Origin: Escherichia phage FL38
DNA: 64,000 nucleotides
Reading direction: 5' to 3' (one strand)
Sequence record: PP400784
In this document: piece by piece, positions 26,703 through 36,198 of the stretch
How the letters are laid out: every line of letters begins with the position of its first letter
How positions within the stretch are numbered: position 1 is the stretch's first letter
Program-made: the position numbers and the translations under genes
Notes under the pieces: generated by a model
What the model saw: only the letters and a program-made list of their open reading frames with translations
The model's database searches: none
Told to the model about the DNA's origin: nothing

Positions 26703-26735
26703 AATAAAAAAGCCTCCAATCTTTCGACGGGAGGC
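26703..26735 (-). terminator. hairpin GCCTCC-(12 nt)-GGAGGC plus U-run immediately upstream of the ART start codon
   Basis: GGAGGC TTTTTTATT ATG: the only Shine-Dalgarno for this gene is the 3' arm of the stem. Confidence 0.55.
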
Positions 26736-26771
26736 ATAATAAAACCATTATAGAGTAGTGTCAACTAATTT

Positions 26772-27296
26772 TTAGTAGCCGCGTTCTTGACGGGCGAAGT
26801 TTTCAGCATTTTTCAGATAGTACAGAATAAAGAGTTCTTGAGCGTCAATACCCAGCGGGATCATCTTTGACAGAATGAAGTGGATCGCGTCCACAAATTC
26901 AAATTTCACTTCAAGCTGATCTTCCGGTGACAGTTCAGAGAATTTACGCGCTCGCGCTTCTCCGTGGTTCTTTTTCCACATTTTCCAGATTGCACTTGCA
27001 TCTTTACCATTGGACATTCCACCCAGCGATGTGTAAAGCTCTCGTGTTTCGTCTGCGATAGCGTCATCCATCCGTTGCATCCAATCCAGCATTTCACCGC
27101 AAGTCTCTAGCTTAGTTGGATTTGGGACCCAATCAAATTTTTCGGATAATGCAACCTGCAAACCAGTTTGCATTTCGAGCATCACCTGAAACGGATCTTT
27201 ACCTTCTGCAATAGCGTGATGATATGCGGCGATAGCCGCGTTAATATCTTTTTCGTTAACCAGACCAGCACAAGAATTAAATTCTGACATATTCAC
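26772..27296 (-). CDS. 56: dCTP pyrophosphatase (gp56, MazG-like)
   Basis: 174 aa; long C-terminal match to remembered T4 gp56 (KDP.QVML.MQ, KLET.G, SPEDQLE.KFE..D..HF.L, LYYLKN.ENFARQ.RGY); adjacent to gene 61. Confidence 0.75.
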   Translation of the reverse strand: MNMSEFNSCAGLVNEKDINAAIAAYHHAIAEGKDPFQVMLEMQTGLQVALSEKFDWVPNPTKLETCGEMLDWMQRMDDAIADETRELYTSLGGMSNGKDASAIWKMWKKNHGEARARKFSELSPEDQLEVKFEFVDAIHFILSKMIPLGIDAQELFILYYLKNAENFARQERGY

Positions 27297-27304
27297 CTCA
27301 TTAA

Positions 27305-28333
27305 TTAAAATTTACAATATTTCATAAACCGCATTTTAGCCATCAGACCTTGTACGGTGTTCTCTTTGATGTATTCCATGATCTGGTCGCGTGTAGCGCC
27401 CTCGTCCTGAATCATGGCGTTAACGTCTTTAGAATGCCACGGGCAACGATCCCACAATACAATCTTTTCCCCTGCATTGATAAACTTTTCCAGTCGGTGC
27501 ATTGTATCGGCAGACCGTGGTTCCGCATCAAGTACAAACACTCGCTGGTCTGGGAAAGGGATTTCATCTAATCCCAAAGTACCGCCAGTAATTGCACACC
27601 CGTTATCAATAAACAATGAATCGATCGGACCTTCTAAGAAATACACTGGTTTACTCGGATCGGCGCGTTCAAGACCATAGACCTTACTCGCTAACTCGTG
27701 AGTTTTAATCGTCATATATTTGGTCTTTCCGTAATCCTTTCTCAATGCTCGCCCCTGAATGGATTCTATCTTGTTCTCGCGGTTAAAGATAGGAATCACT
27801 AAACGCGGTTCAGGTTGTGGATTCTTGAAAGTATCAGCCTTAATGTGATTTGCTACCTTTTGCCATTCTCTCGTGAAATACAGAAGATCCCATTTATCGT
27901 GAGGAATACAGCGATCACTGACATACTTTATTATAGGATGATTAGCCGGAAGAGTATCTAATCTCTCGCAGAAAGGCAATGTTTGCACTTTCTTAATCTC
28001 CGGCTTTTCTACCTTTTTCAGTGGCTTGAACGTGGTGTTCTTGTGGTCGCCTTGTTCCTTCCGTCGTTCCATAAGCCATTCCCTGAATAGGTCCGGCTTA
28101 TACTGTTTGAGAAATTCACCTAACGGCTGATTGTAGTTACAGTTGAAACAGCCGCAACGCAAACTATCCTTATAGGTATAGATACGGAATCGCGCTTGAG
28201 TATGATTTTTCTTTGAGTCACCGCAGATCGGACAACTACAGACCAGCGTAAATGAGCTAGTATGCAACCGTTTAAAATTTCGTTCGCCGTATATGGCTTT
28301 TTCCGCTATTTCATAATCTGCGTAGTAAATCAT
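27305..28333 (-). CDS. 61: DNA primase (gp61)
   Basis: 342 aa, same as T4 gp61; N-terminal Cys4 zinc-binding motif (CSCPICGDS...CGCFNC); between gene 56 and gene 41. Confidence 0.85.
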   Translation of the reverse strand: MIYYADYEIAEKAIYGERNFKRLHTSSFTLVCSCPICGDSKKNHTQARFRIYTYKDSLRCGCFNCNYNQPLGEFLKQYKPDLFREWLMERRKEQGDHKNTTFKPLKKVEKPEIKKVQTLPFCERLDTLPANHPIIKYVSDRCIPHDKWDLLYFTREWQKVANHIKADTFKNPQPEPRLVIPIFNRENKIESIQGRALRKDYGKTKYMTIKTHELASKVYGLERADPSKPVYFLEGPIDSLFIDNGCAITGGTLGLDEIPFPDQRVFVLDAEPRSADTMHRLEKFINAGEKIVLWDRCPWHSKDVNAMIQDEGATRDQIMEYIKENTVQGLMAKMRFMKYCKF

Positions 28334-28342
28334 ATTAACCTC

Positions 28343-28546
28343 TTATAGCTCAAATTTCATGAAAGTTCCTACACTTTCATTTTCATTCTCTCCGTTCTCA
28401 TCTAAGCCAAATTTGTAGACACTACCATCTGGCGATGTGTAAGAGAATACACGAAAACGGCCTACCGGATCAAGTTCTGTAAATTCATATTCTTTTCCGG
28501 CTTCAAAAAGTGCATATGTGCTTTTAAGACATTTCATCGTAATCAT
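28343..28546 (-). CDS. hypothetical protein, 67 aa
   Basis: ATG 28546 overlaps the stop of the small upstream ORF (ATGA). Confidence 0.4.
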   Translation of the reverse strand: MITMKCLKSTYALFEAGKEYEFTELDPVGRFRVFSYTSPDGSVYKFGLDENGENENESVGTFMKFEL

Positions 28547-28686
28547 TTAAGCGCCACCGACAACAGAATGAGAACTACACCAACATACATTGTGATCTCG
28601 GATAACTTTTCTGTTTTTGTTTTGTGTCCAGATAATCCGAAAACAACAACACCGATAATAGCGGACAGCAAGCCAACGATAAACAT
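28543..28686 (-). CDS. small membrane protein, 47 aa (not in track)
   Basis: Hand translation MFIVGLLSAIIGVVVFGLSGHKTKTEKLSEITMYVGVVLILLSVALK: two hydrophobic segments; weak RBS. Confidence 0.3.
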   Translation of the reverse strand: MFIVGLLSAIIGVVVFGLSGHKTKTEKLSEITMYVGVVLILLSVALK

Positions 28687-28693
28687 GATGATA

Positions 28694-28870
28694 CTAAGCA
28701 CCGTCTTTCTCCTTTTTGCGTTTTTCTTTACCCGCTACACTAGGTCCACGATTGGTAATAGATCCGCTCGTTTCACCTGCTGCGATCTTCTCAGGATTGC
28801 CGCCAGCATCGCCAGCGGTCATATCTTCTTTGAGTTTATTTTCTTCAACAAACTGTTTAAAGCCAATCAT
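28694..28870 (-). CDS. hypothetical small protein, 58 aa (not in track)
   Basis: ATG 28870 overlaps the stop of 28867..29244; glycine-rich, lysine-rich C-terminus. Confidence 0.25.
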   Translation of the reverse strand: MIGFKQFVEENKLKEDMTAGDAGGNPEKIAAGETSGSITNRGPSVAGKEKRKKEKDGA

Positions 28871-29244
28871 AGAATAATCTCTTTCAGTAAGTCAACAATC
28901 TGGTCTTTTGTCAGTTTATCCTGATTCTCTACAATCTTGATAACACAAGCGTTAACATCTTTTCTAGTCACGCGGGAGATCGTTTTAATCCGGTTAAATG
29001 GTTCGTAGAAATACACTGCTTCATTATAGAGAGCGGATACTTTACGACGCATTTGATCTTTATCTGACAAGAAAACAAGTGCTGTTTTATGACCTTCTAC
29101 ACCCGCCACGTTATATAGTTCAGCAACACCCCAGCGACCTTCCGGTTCAATCATTCCGGCGTGTTTACCGTCGATAAAAATAAGAATATCTCCGTTGAAT
29201 GCGGTTTTGAATGCTACATCTTCCGGTGCAATCATATTTTTCAT
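28867..29244 (-). CDS. hypothetical protein, 125 aa
   Basis: Track ORF between gene 41 and gene 61. Confidence 0.4.
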   Translation of the reverse strand: MKNMIAPEDVAFKTAFNGDILIFIDGKHAGMIEPEGRWGVAELYNVAGVEGHKTALVFLSDKDQMRRKVSALYNEAVYFYEPFNRIKTISRVTRKDVNACVIKIVENQDKLTKDQIVDLLKEIIL

Positions 29245-29274
29245 AATATAGTCTCCTTAGAGTTTCATTATAGA

Positions 29275-29910
29275 TCAATCGAATGTAGAAAGCAACTGTT
29301 TTGTTTCTTTCAGTTGTCGTTCAAGATTTTTGCGTTTCTCTTTAAGTTGCATTTTAGCATTATTTCGCTCTCTTGTAACCTCTTTATCAATGCTCTTATT
29401 CCAGTTATCAATATCAGAATAAGTTGGCATACCCAATTCTAGACCTAATGCGGTTGGATGCAGGGTAACAGTCCATAAACCGCTAATCTTCTTAAATAGG
29501 TCGGGGTGTAGTGTACTATCTACATCTTCCGGTGTCAACTCTTTTTCTTCTTTCAGTGGTGGGATCTCGTCATATGGTTCCAGTGCATTTACTTTAATAT
29601 CAGATACCTCATCAAAGAATCCGCGTACATCCGCAGGAAATACACAAGCAATTTCCCAACCGTGATCACGCAGAGAAGTAATATTTTTCACTCCCCCACC
29701 ATGTGTGATGATTGATGTGACATTGCCATCAAGGTCCACCGAATTTACGAGAAATGGCTTATCGTCTGTCAGATCATTATAAAACTGTGCTTCGGCTGTA
29801 GTCATCTCCAGAAACAGATCTCGGATCGGACGACCATCAGGTGCGTTACCTTCCTTGAGAGTATAAAAGCGACTTACGATCCATTTTGGCGGTAAAGCAT
29901 TAGCGATCAT
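29275..29910 (-). CDS. hypothetical protein, 211 aa
   Basis: Track ORF; preceded by GC-rich hairpin GCGCCC..GGGCGC and GGAG. Confidence 0.4.
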   Translation of the reverse strand: MIANALPPKWIVSRFYTLKEGNAPDGRPIRDLFLEMTTAEAQFYNDLTDDKPFLVNSVDLDGNVTSIITHGGGVKNITSLRDHGWEIACVFPADVRGFFDEVSDIKVNALEPYDEIPPLKEEKELTPEDVDSTLHPDLFKKISGLWTVTLHPTALGLELGMPTYSDIDNWNKSIDKEVTRERNNAKMQLKEKRKNLERQLKETKQLLSTFD

Positions 29911-29960
29911 GTTATATCTCCTATCAAATCATTCATCAGCGCCCCGCAGGGCGCATTTTA

Positions 29961-31373
29961 TTAGAAAGTCATGTTATTTGCTAGCTCGTCGAGTTTTTCT
30001 CGTTTCTCGGCTTGCTGTGCGCTTTGCGGTTTAACTTGTGCATTCTCCTGATCTGCGATCTGGTTTGGTACTTCATACCAACGCTGATTGCCTTTTTTCA
30101 CACCAACGTTAAACCGTGAATAATAGTTCTTGTCACCGTAACGAGACTTGATCTGCTTCATGAGTTGGACGCCCATTTTAGCCAGGTCTTCGGTTTCGAT
30201 AACACCCAACATAAAGTCGGCAGTAGCCGGAAGACCTGCTGATTCAGCGGTATCACTCATGTTAAGGTCGGAAGCATCCCAACCCGCGCGGGTAGTCTGT
30301 GCCGCAGTCCAACCAACAACATCCCACTTAACAAAAAATCCTCGCAGTTCTTCCGCAATCGCCTTAACTAGTGTGTAACTATTTTCAGAGTATACACGCA
30401 AGCGAGACGATGCGCAAATCCCCAGATAGTCAACAATCACAACATCAGGTTTAAACTGTTTCTTGAGTCGCAATTCATTCATTAACGCCTCAAAGTGATT
30501 GGAGTTCGCGCCACCAGTCGGATACTGCTTGATCATCAATTTTCCAACCGGACGATCTCCGATCTTCTTATTCTTAACACGCTTCATGCGTGCGGAATAT
30601 TCCGCAAAAGAAACATTACCATTATCCAATTCATCTAATGTAATGTCAAGCAAGTTTGCGTCGATACGTTTTGCTACTACATGCTCCGCCATCTCCATTG
30701 AGATATACAATACATCATAACCACATTCCATATAATCCGCAGCAAGAGAACACAATCCAAGCGATTTACCAACATTTACACCAGCAAGCAACACATTTAG
30801 CGTTTTTCTTTCCGCACCTCCTTTCGTGATTTTATTCAACATCGGCAGCTTAAACGGGATCTTATTCGCCTTAGTCTGATATAGCAAGAATCGTTTTTCA
30901 AAGTCATTAAACCAGTCATGACCTACATCAGAATCAAACGTAATGGATAGTGCTTCCTGCATGATCTCAGGAATAGCACCCTCACTCGGCAATTTCTTAT
31001 TCTGTTTCTCTTTTGGTAGTTGTGCGTTCGCCTGAATCTCTAGCGCCCGTGACATTGCATTGTACATAGCACGGTCACGAATAAATTTTTCGGTTTCCTT
31101 CATTAACCAATCAAGGTCTTCCGGTGTATTCTCCAGCGAATCGAGAAGAGTTTTAGCCCCTTCATATGTTGTCTGATTGCCTCTCTCCTTGTCTAAAGCA
31201 ATCTGTAATGCAGTTGGCGTAGGAATATTGGAATATTCGTCTACGTGCTTTTTAATCAGCTTATAAATCAGTTTTTCTTCGTCTTCGGTGAAGTAGTCCG
31301 CTTTAAGGTGAGGCCATACATTCGTAAAGAATGCGCCATTGTAAATCAACTGTGAAAAGATAGTTTTAATCAT
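29961..31373 (-). CDS. 41: replicative DNA helicase (gp41), DnaB family
   Basis: 470 aa; Walker A GVNVGKS; RecA-like DnaB C-terminal domain; between gene 61 and uvsX. Confidence 0.9.
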   Translation of the reverse strand: MIKTIFSQLIYNGAFFTNVWPHLKADYFTEDEEKLIYKLIKKHVDEYSNIPTPTALQIALDKERGNQTTYEGAKTLLDSLENTPEDLDWLMKETEKFIRDRAMYNAMSRALEIQANAQLPKEKQNKKLPSEGAIPEIMQEALSITFDSDVGHDWFNDFEKRFLLYQTKANKIPFKLPMLNKITKGGAERKTLNVLLAGVNVGKSLGLCSLAADYMECGYDVLYISMEMAEHVVAKRIDANLLDITLDELDNGNVSFAEYSARMKRVKNKKIGDRPVGKLMIKQYPTGGANSNHFEALMNELRLKKQFKPDVVIVDYLGICASSRLRVYSENSYTLVKAIAEELRGFFVKWDVVGWTAAQTTRAGWDASDLNMSDTAESAGLPATADFMLGVIETEDLAKMGVQLMKQIKSRYGDKNYYSRFNVGVKKGNQRWYEVPNQIADQENAQVKPQSAQQAEKREKLDELANNMTF

Positions 31374-31687
31374 ACATAGCCCCCAACTACACGCATAACA
31401 AAGGTCTTGAGTTTATACCAGAAAGTTTCTTTTTTCAACTTTTCTTCTGCTTCTTTGATCTGCGCGGTTAACGCCTTAATGACGTGTGGATATACCACAT
31501 CACGATCTGACGGCGTGGAGTAGTCGACCACAATACCTTTAGTGTCTGGATCGTATTCAACATTATGAATATAGACAATATGATGTTCTCCCTCTTCATC
31601 AACAATTATCAGTTCCTGGATAACTGTCTTCATTGCTTCTTGAATCAAGCTGTGTGCTTCTTCTAAACTTGTTGGTTTCTTATCCAT
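31370..31687 (-). CDS. hypothetical protein, 105 aa (gene 40 position)
   Basis: ATG 31687 after GAGAGGATTATATT; assignment by position between 41 and uvsX only. Confidence 0.35.
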   Translation of the reverse strand: MDKKPTSLEEAHSLIQEAMKTVIQELIIVDEEGEHHIVYIHNVEYDPDTKGIVVDYSTPSDRDVVYPHVIKALTAQIKEAEEKLKKETFWYKLKTFVMRVVGGYV

Positions 31688-31704
31688 AATATAATCCTCT
31701 CTAG

Positions 31705-31732
31705 ATATGAAAAAGGGGCACGTAGCCCCTTT
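31705..31732 (-). terminator. rho-independent terminator after uvsX
   Basis: AAAGGGGC-(5 nt)-GCCCCTTT followed by a U-rich stretch. Confidence 0.75.
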
Positions 31733-31742
31733 ACTACCATTG

Positions 31743-32813
31743 TTATGCTAACATATCTTCGATTTCTTTGTCAACTGCTTCGTCGCTGATCACTTGCCCC
31801 AGCTTATAATGATCGTTGATTGCTTCGTTAAACTTATCGTTTGTCAGAAGTGGTTTCCAGAACTCAATGCTATTGGTTTCTTTAGCACGGAACTTGCGTT
31901 CTTCGGTTTCCATCTCTCCGGTCTCGGTATTTAGGATTGAACGGGAATACCAGCCGTTTGACGGTTTCACTACCCAGCCTAACTCTACAGCCAATTCCAG
32001 CAAGCCGGAATAAGGATCGATGCCACCGCTAAATGTTACGCTAATCGGGAACTTCGATTTTTCTTTAACGGTTCGTGATTTTTCCGCATTCAGGATAAAA
32101 TCATAACCAGTAATTTCGGTTCCTTCTTTCTGCTGACGACGACCAATAATGAAAACTTCATTGGCTGAATACATCGCGCCCGTACCGCCGGACATAACGG
32201 TCTTACTAAACATTTCTTGCGTTTCGTAAGTGTGGTTAATAGCGATGCACGGGATATCATTCATAGTCAGATACGGCGTAACCATACGGAACAAGCCTTT
32301 AAGTGCTTTCGCTCGCGTCATATCCTGTGCGGATTTCTCATTAATCGCGTCTTCAACTTCTTTTTTACTTGCTAAGTTACCGATTGAGTCAATAAAGATG
32401 ATCACTTTATCTTCACGGGTAATTTGCTCAAGCTGGTTCATGATTTCAAATTTAAGTTCTTCGATGTTCTTGATTGGAACATGCACCACGCGATCAGGAT
32501 CTACACCCATAGATTCAAGATAAGCGGGTGTAATACCGAACTCAGAATCAAAGAACAAACACGCCGCATCAGGATTCTGTTTCATGTATGCACTAACACA
32601 AGTTAATCCCATGTTTGATTTAAAGTGCTTAGACGGACCAGCAAAGAAAATCAGACCAGATTGAAAGCCTTTTTTAAGATCACCTGAAAACGCAATATTC
32701 AGCATCGGGATCTTAGTGCGAGTATTTGTTTTTTCGTTAAAGAAGCTGGATTTAGACAGTACCGCAGTAGTTTTCAGGGTAGAGTTCTTTTTCAGTTTTT
32801 CCAGTACAGACAT
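31743..32813 (-). CDS. uvsX: UvsX recombinase (RecA/Rad51 family)
   Basis: Long colinear match to remembered T4 UvsX (AGPSK.FKSN.GLT.VS.YM.Q.PDA.CLF.DSEFGITPAYL.SMGVDP.RV.H.P, KSRTVKEKSKF). Confidence 0.9.
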   Translation of the reverse strand: MSVLEKLKKNSTLKTTAVLSKSSFFNEKTNTRTKIPMLNIAFSGDLKKGFQSGLIFFAGPSKHFKSNMGLTCVSAYMKQNPDAACLFFDSEFGITPAYLESMGVDPDRVVHVPIKNIEELKFEIMNQLEQITREDKVIIFIDSIGNLASKKEVEDAINEKSAQDMTRAKALKGLFRMVTPYLTMNDIPCIAINHTYETQEMFSKTVMSGGTGAMYSANEVFIIGRRQQKEGTEITGYDFILNAEKSRTVKEKSKFPISVTFSGGIDPYSGLLELAVELGWVVKPSNGWYSRSILNTETGEMETEERKFRAKETNSIEFWKPLLTNDKFNEAINDHYKLGQVISDEAVDKEIEDMLA

Positions 32814-32824
32814 TATTAATACCT

Positions 32825-33052
32825 CTATTCAGTTAATCCGTAATACTTTAATTGCTTCATTGTTATTCGATCTTTGTAGTGCTCTTGAATTAACTTTTTC
32901 ATCGCATCAACATCGATCGTCACAAATACTTCGTTGCTGTGATTTCCGTGAACTTTCTTGAAATGCTCTATGCCTTCCTCACGTTCACGTTTAATCTTTT
33001 CAATTTCTCTCATAGTATATTTCTCACGTTGGCGGGTATCGTCACCCAACAC
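32825..33052 (-). CDS. hypothetical protein, 75 aa
   Basis: The only ORF between uvsX and gene 43, where T4 carries beta-gt, gene 42 and imm. Confidence 0.35.
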   Translation of the reverse strand: MLGDDTRQREKYTMREIEKIKREREEGIEHFKKVHGNHSNEVFVTIDVDAMKKLIQEHYKDRITMKQLKYYGLTE

Positions 33053-33074
33053 CCGCCATTATACACACTTTATC

Positions 33075-35753
33075 TTAAATGTCAAACAGGTCTGTAAGAG
33101 ATGCCACTTTTTCATATTGCAGCTTTGCAGCCGTGGTAATGTTCTCCAGTGGTTTGACGAAAGTCTTATTAAACAACAAAGGCCAGTCTAACCACTTTAA
33201 CACCTCTGATTCAATTTCTGGAGGAATACGAGTACCGGACAACCAACCAAAACAGATTTCTCCAAACGGATTTCGATCTTTCAGCGGTACAATCATAACC
33301 TTCTCGCCTTCACGAATCGGATCTAGTCCGAATTTTCGAGCATTACGATTATAACACAATACACTCTTAACCGCATACGGACAACCCTTAATCGGATACC
33401 CGTTTGAATCGCTGTATTTCTGTAGGTTGTTTGCAGATGATACCGCAGCAACATCAAGATAGTCAAGTTTTCTAAATTCTTGCTCAAAAATACCGTAGTA
33501 TTCCTGCAATGACTCTTCACCTTCCTGCAACATACGGCGAATACATTCTTTCAGTGATTTCTGACATGCTTTAGGGGTGGAGCTACGTTGCGTTTCCAAG
33601 CCCATGATTTTTAGCTTAGGTTCAGCAAAGCGCGTTCCTTCCATATCCCAAACATTAAGAGCATAACGCTTTTTACCAGTCCAGAATCCACCGATACCCG
33701 CAGATTTCAATGGAGGACCAGCAATTGCCTCACGGTCCATAAACATCAAGTGCTCATAGTTGTTCATGTACTCGCATAACTCGCGATATCCCTTGTCGAT
33801 AATAGGTTCCATTCGATGTTTACCGAAATTATCAAGGAAGTCAACAAGTTTTTCGGTATCGTCGAAACGGTCTTCCCCGCCAACCTTATCAACAACATTG
33901 TTAACCAGCACATAAACGGAGTCAGTATCACAATAACGAACATATGCAAAATCGGTTGTTCCACAAAGCTCGTTTAAGTATTCGTTAATCTTACGCTCAA
34001 TCCACTGAATTGCAAGCTGACCAAACAAGGTGATCGCACTAGCGTTACGGAGATCATAAAAACGGAATTTAGGATTCCCCAACGCACCATAAAGGGAGTT
34101 GATCAAAACTTTACGAGAAAGCTGGTTTGTATTGCACAAGATCGACTCGTCTTTACATTCTTCCAGCAATTTCTCTAAGGCATCTTTACTTAATTCAGAA
34201 AGCATCGATTTAAACGCTTCATCAAAGTCGTGACGCACTTCAACGCTATAGTTAATGGTTCCTCCATAAACATGATTTTCATCGTGTAGAATCGCTTTAC
34301 AGAGTTCAGCATTGCGATCACATGCCAACATCATGTTTTTGTACTGCTTACGCTGATCGAATACCTTTTTAATCTCAATCGGTACGATACCGTGAATATC
34401 TTTTCTATACATCCATCCGTTAGGCGAGCAAGAATACTCATCACTCGGACGTGGTGCAGTTTTATTGATATACTCGTGCATCGGTGCAGCATCAAAAGAT
34501 CCAGCGATTGTTTCAGGCGAAATATTAACCTGTCGAATAATAGATGGGTACAGACTTGTTAAGTCAAAGCTCATCATCCAACGGTAAGCATTCGGCACAG
34601 GTTCTTTTACGAATGCGCCTGGATACGTCTGCTTAGGCTGTATCTTATTTTCCGGTACTACTTTACCCTCAGCTTTCAGAGATCCGAAGATAATAGCATC
34701 CCACACTTTCATCGGGTTATAAACATGGTTAAATTTAATCTTTGCATAGAAACATAGACTATACACCAGATCGATAAATCCACGCTTTTTATCAATCGCC
34801 AGAACACGATCAACGTCGCCGATGTTATAATCGATGTAAAGTTGATGGTTGTCATCACGCAATTTCTTTAACGGACCATCATAATCAACCTTACCGATTC
34901 CTGTCTCATATTCAGCAACATAATCTAATGCATATGTTGGTTGAGTCGTAAAGCTAAATTTCTTGTACAGGTCAATATAATCAAGGCTTTCGATCCCCAT
35001 GATCGTAAATGCTTCACGCTCGTTGCCAAAATCATCCTGTGAGATTCGGGATTTAATCTTACCGCACGGGCTTAGACGGTTAGCGGTTCTACTTCCGAAC
35101 TTATTACTGATACGTTTAATGATATATGGAATATCGAATGTTTCTGTGTTCCAGCCAGTGAAACCAACGGGTCGGTTTTCCTCAAAGAATCGGATGTATT
35201 CTAACAGCAATTCATCTTCTGTGTCATAGACGTTATAAACAACGCGCTCTACAATATCAGGTCGAAGAATAGACTTGCTAGATTCCCAGATTTCACCGTT
35301 TTTTCCTTTCAAATCAAATACAAAGAAACGATCATGTACGGAATCATAATGCGTAATTGCATCGATAGGATATTTCGCTTCTTCTGGTTTAGGAAATTCT
35401 GGGGCAGTGACCTCGATATCAACCCATGCTACACGGATTTTATTTCGGTCATATCGAATCTCTCCTTTATACGTATCAGACAGATAGGAGATGATAAAAT
35501 CATCCATCCCTAGCGCCTCTTGCCCCATTTCTCCCATCTTTTTACGCCATTTGTTGGCCTCGTTCATAGAGGGGAATTTTTTAGCAATGCAAGGCTTGCC
35601 ATAGATATCTTTATAATTCGTAACCATACCAGGCGCGGCATGATGAAATAAAGTTGGCGTATATTCAACGTAACGCTCTTGTTCTTGTCCAGCATCATCA
35701 ATATAACGCTCGTAGATCTTATCACCTACTCGCTCACATGACAGAAAATACAT
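33075..35753 (-). CDS. 43: DNA polymerase (gp43), family B with 3'-5' exonuclease
   Basis: Colinear match to remembered T4/RB69 gp43 (DIE, SFDLTSLYPSIIRQVNISPET, LINSLYGALGN, YCDTDS, KKRYALNV); start set to ATG 35753 after AAGGAG. Confidence 0.95.
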   Translation of the reverse strand: MYFLSCERVGDKIYERYIDDAGQEQERYVEYTPTLFHHAAPGMVTNYKDIYGKPCIAKKFPSMNEANKWRKKMGEMGQEALGMDDFIISYLSDTYKGEIRYDRNKIRVAWVDIEVTAPEFPKPEEAKYPIDAITHYDSVHDRFFVFDLKGKNGEIWESSKSILRPDIVERVVYNVYDTEDELLLEYIRFFEENRPVGFTGWNTETFDIPYIIKRISNKFGSRTANRLSPCGKIKSRISQDDFGNEREAFTIMGIESLDYIDLYKKFSFTTQPTYALDYVAEYETGIGKVDYDGPLKKLRDDNHQLYIDYNIGDVDRVLAIDKKRGFIDLVYSLCFYAKIKFNHVYNPMKVWDAIIFGSLKAEGKVVPENKIQPKQTYPGAFVKEPVPNAYRWMMSFDLTSLYPSIIRQVNISPETIAGSFDAAPMHEYINKTAPRPSDEYSCSPNGWMYRKDIHGIVPIEIKKVFDQRKQYKNMMLACDRNAELCKAILHDENHVYGGTINYSVEVRHDFDEAFKSMLSELSKDALEKLLEECKDESILCNTNQLSRKVLINSLYGALGNPKFRFYDLRNASAITLFGQLAIQWIERKINEYLNELCGTTDFAYVRYCDTDSVYVLVNNVVDKVGGEDRFDDTEKLVDFLDNFGKHRMEPIIDKGYRELCEYMNNYEHLMFMDREAIAGPPLKSAGIGGFWTGKKRYALNVWDMEGTRFAEPKLKIMGLETQRSSTPKACQKSLKECIRRMLQEGEESLQEYYGIFEQEFRKLDYLDVAAVSSANNLQKYSDSNGYPIKGCPYAVKSVLCYNRNARKFGLDPIREGEKVMIVPLKDRNPFGEICFGWLSGTRIPPEIESEVLKWLDWPLLFNKTFVKPLENITTAAKLQYEKVASLTDLFDI

Positions 35754-35785
35754 AATATAAACTCCTTCACTTACGAAAGACACTC

Positions 35786-35814
35786 ATTATAGGGGAATCG
35801 ACTTAGTTTGTCAA
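35786..35814 (-). promoter_or_regulatory. sigma70-type promoter TTGACA-N17-TATAAT upstream of gene 43, flanked by inverted repeat ATAGGGG/CCCCTAT
   Basis: Perfect consensus hexamers read on the minus strand. Confidence 0.65.
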
Positions 35815-35835
35815 TACCCCTATCCCATCAGTATC

Positions 35836-36198
35836 TTATCGCCCGATCTGATATTTCTCGATCAGCGTCCACTCTTCTTTCTGTTTGAAAGACAATACAC
35901 GGAAATTATTAACTTCGGTAGTTTCAAAATCACTATCAATCAGGGTACACAGATTCCACTGCGCCAGAAGTTTTGCAATGTTATTACGGCGTAATTCATC
36001 TTCCCACGTCATTTTAACACTACGACCATCTAATTTCAACAACTCCTTGAAATGAACGATGTAATAGCGCCCTTTCTTCTGGAGAATATGACAAGACTGA
36101 TACAGTGTCTTGTCTCGATTGTTGGCAATGCCGCAGCGGGTTAAAGTTTCCTTAATTTTAAGGAAGTTTTCAGGACTAATCAAATTAATTTCAATCAT
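35836..36198 (-). CDS. regA: translational repressor RegA
   Basis: 120 aa; strong match to remembered T4 RegA (LTR.GIANN.DK.LYQSCHILQKKG.YYIVHFKE, NNFRV.SFKQK.EW). Confidence 0.9.
   Translation of the reverse strand: MIEINLISPENFLKIKETLTRCGIANNRDKTLYQSCHILQKKGRYYIVHFKELLKLDGRSVKMTWEDELRRNNIAKLLAQWNLCTLIDSDFETTEVNNFRVLSFKQKEEWTLIEKYQIGR

Noticed and set aside
26747-26764. TTGACA and TATAAT hexamers just downstream of gene 56
   Set aside because: They are only 6 bp apart, so they cannot form a standard sigma70 promoter; not annotated.
33075-35783. Longest-ORF starts from the track for several genes (for example gene 43 at 35783, gene 52 at 14868, gene 46 at 41240, gene 49 at 56366, nrdC at 56669)
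   Set aside because: The track accepts GTG/TTG starts and these extensions run through the RBS or promoter; starts were moved to the first in-frame ATG with a Shine-Dalgarno, consistent with remembered T4 N-termini.
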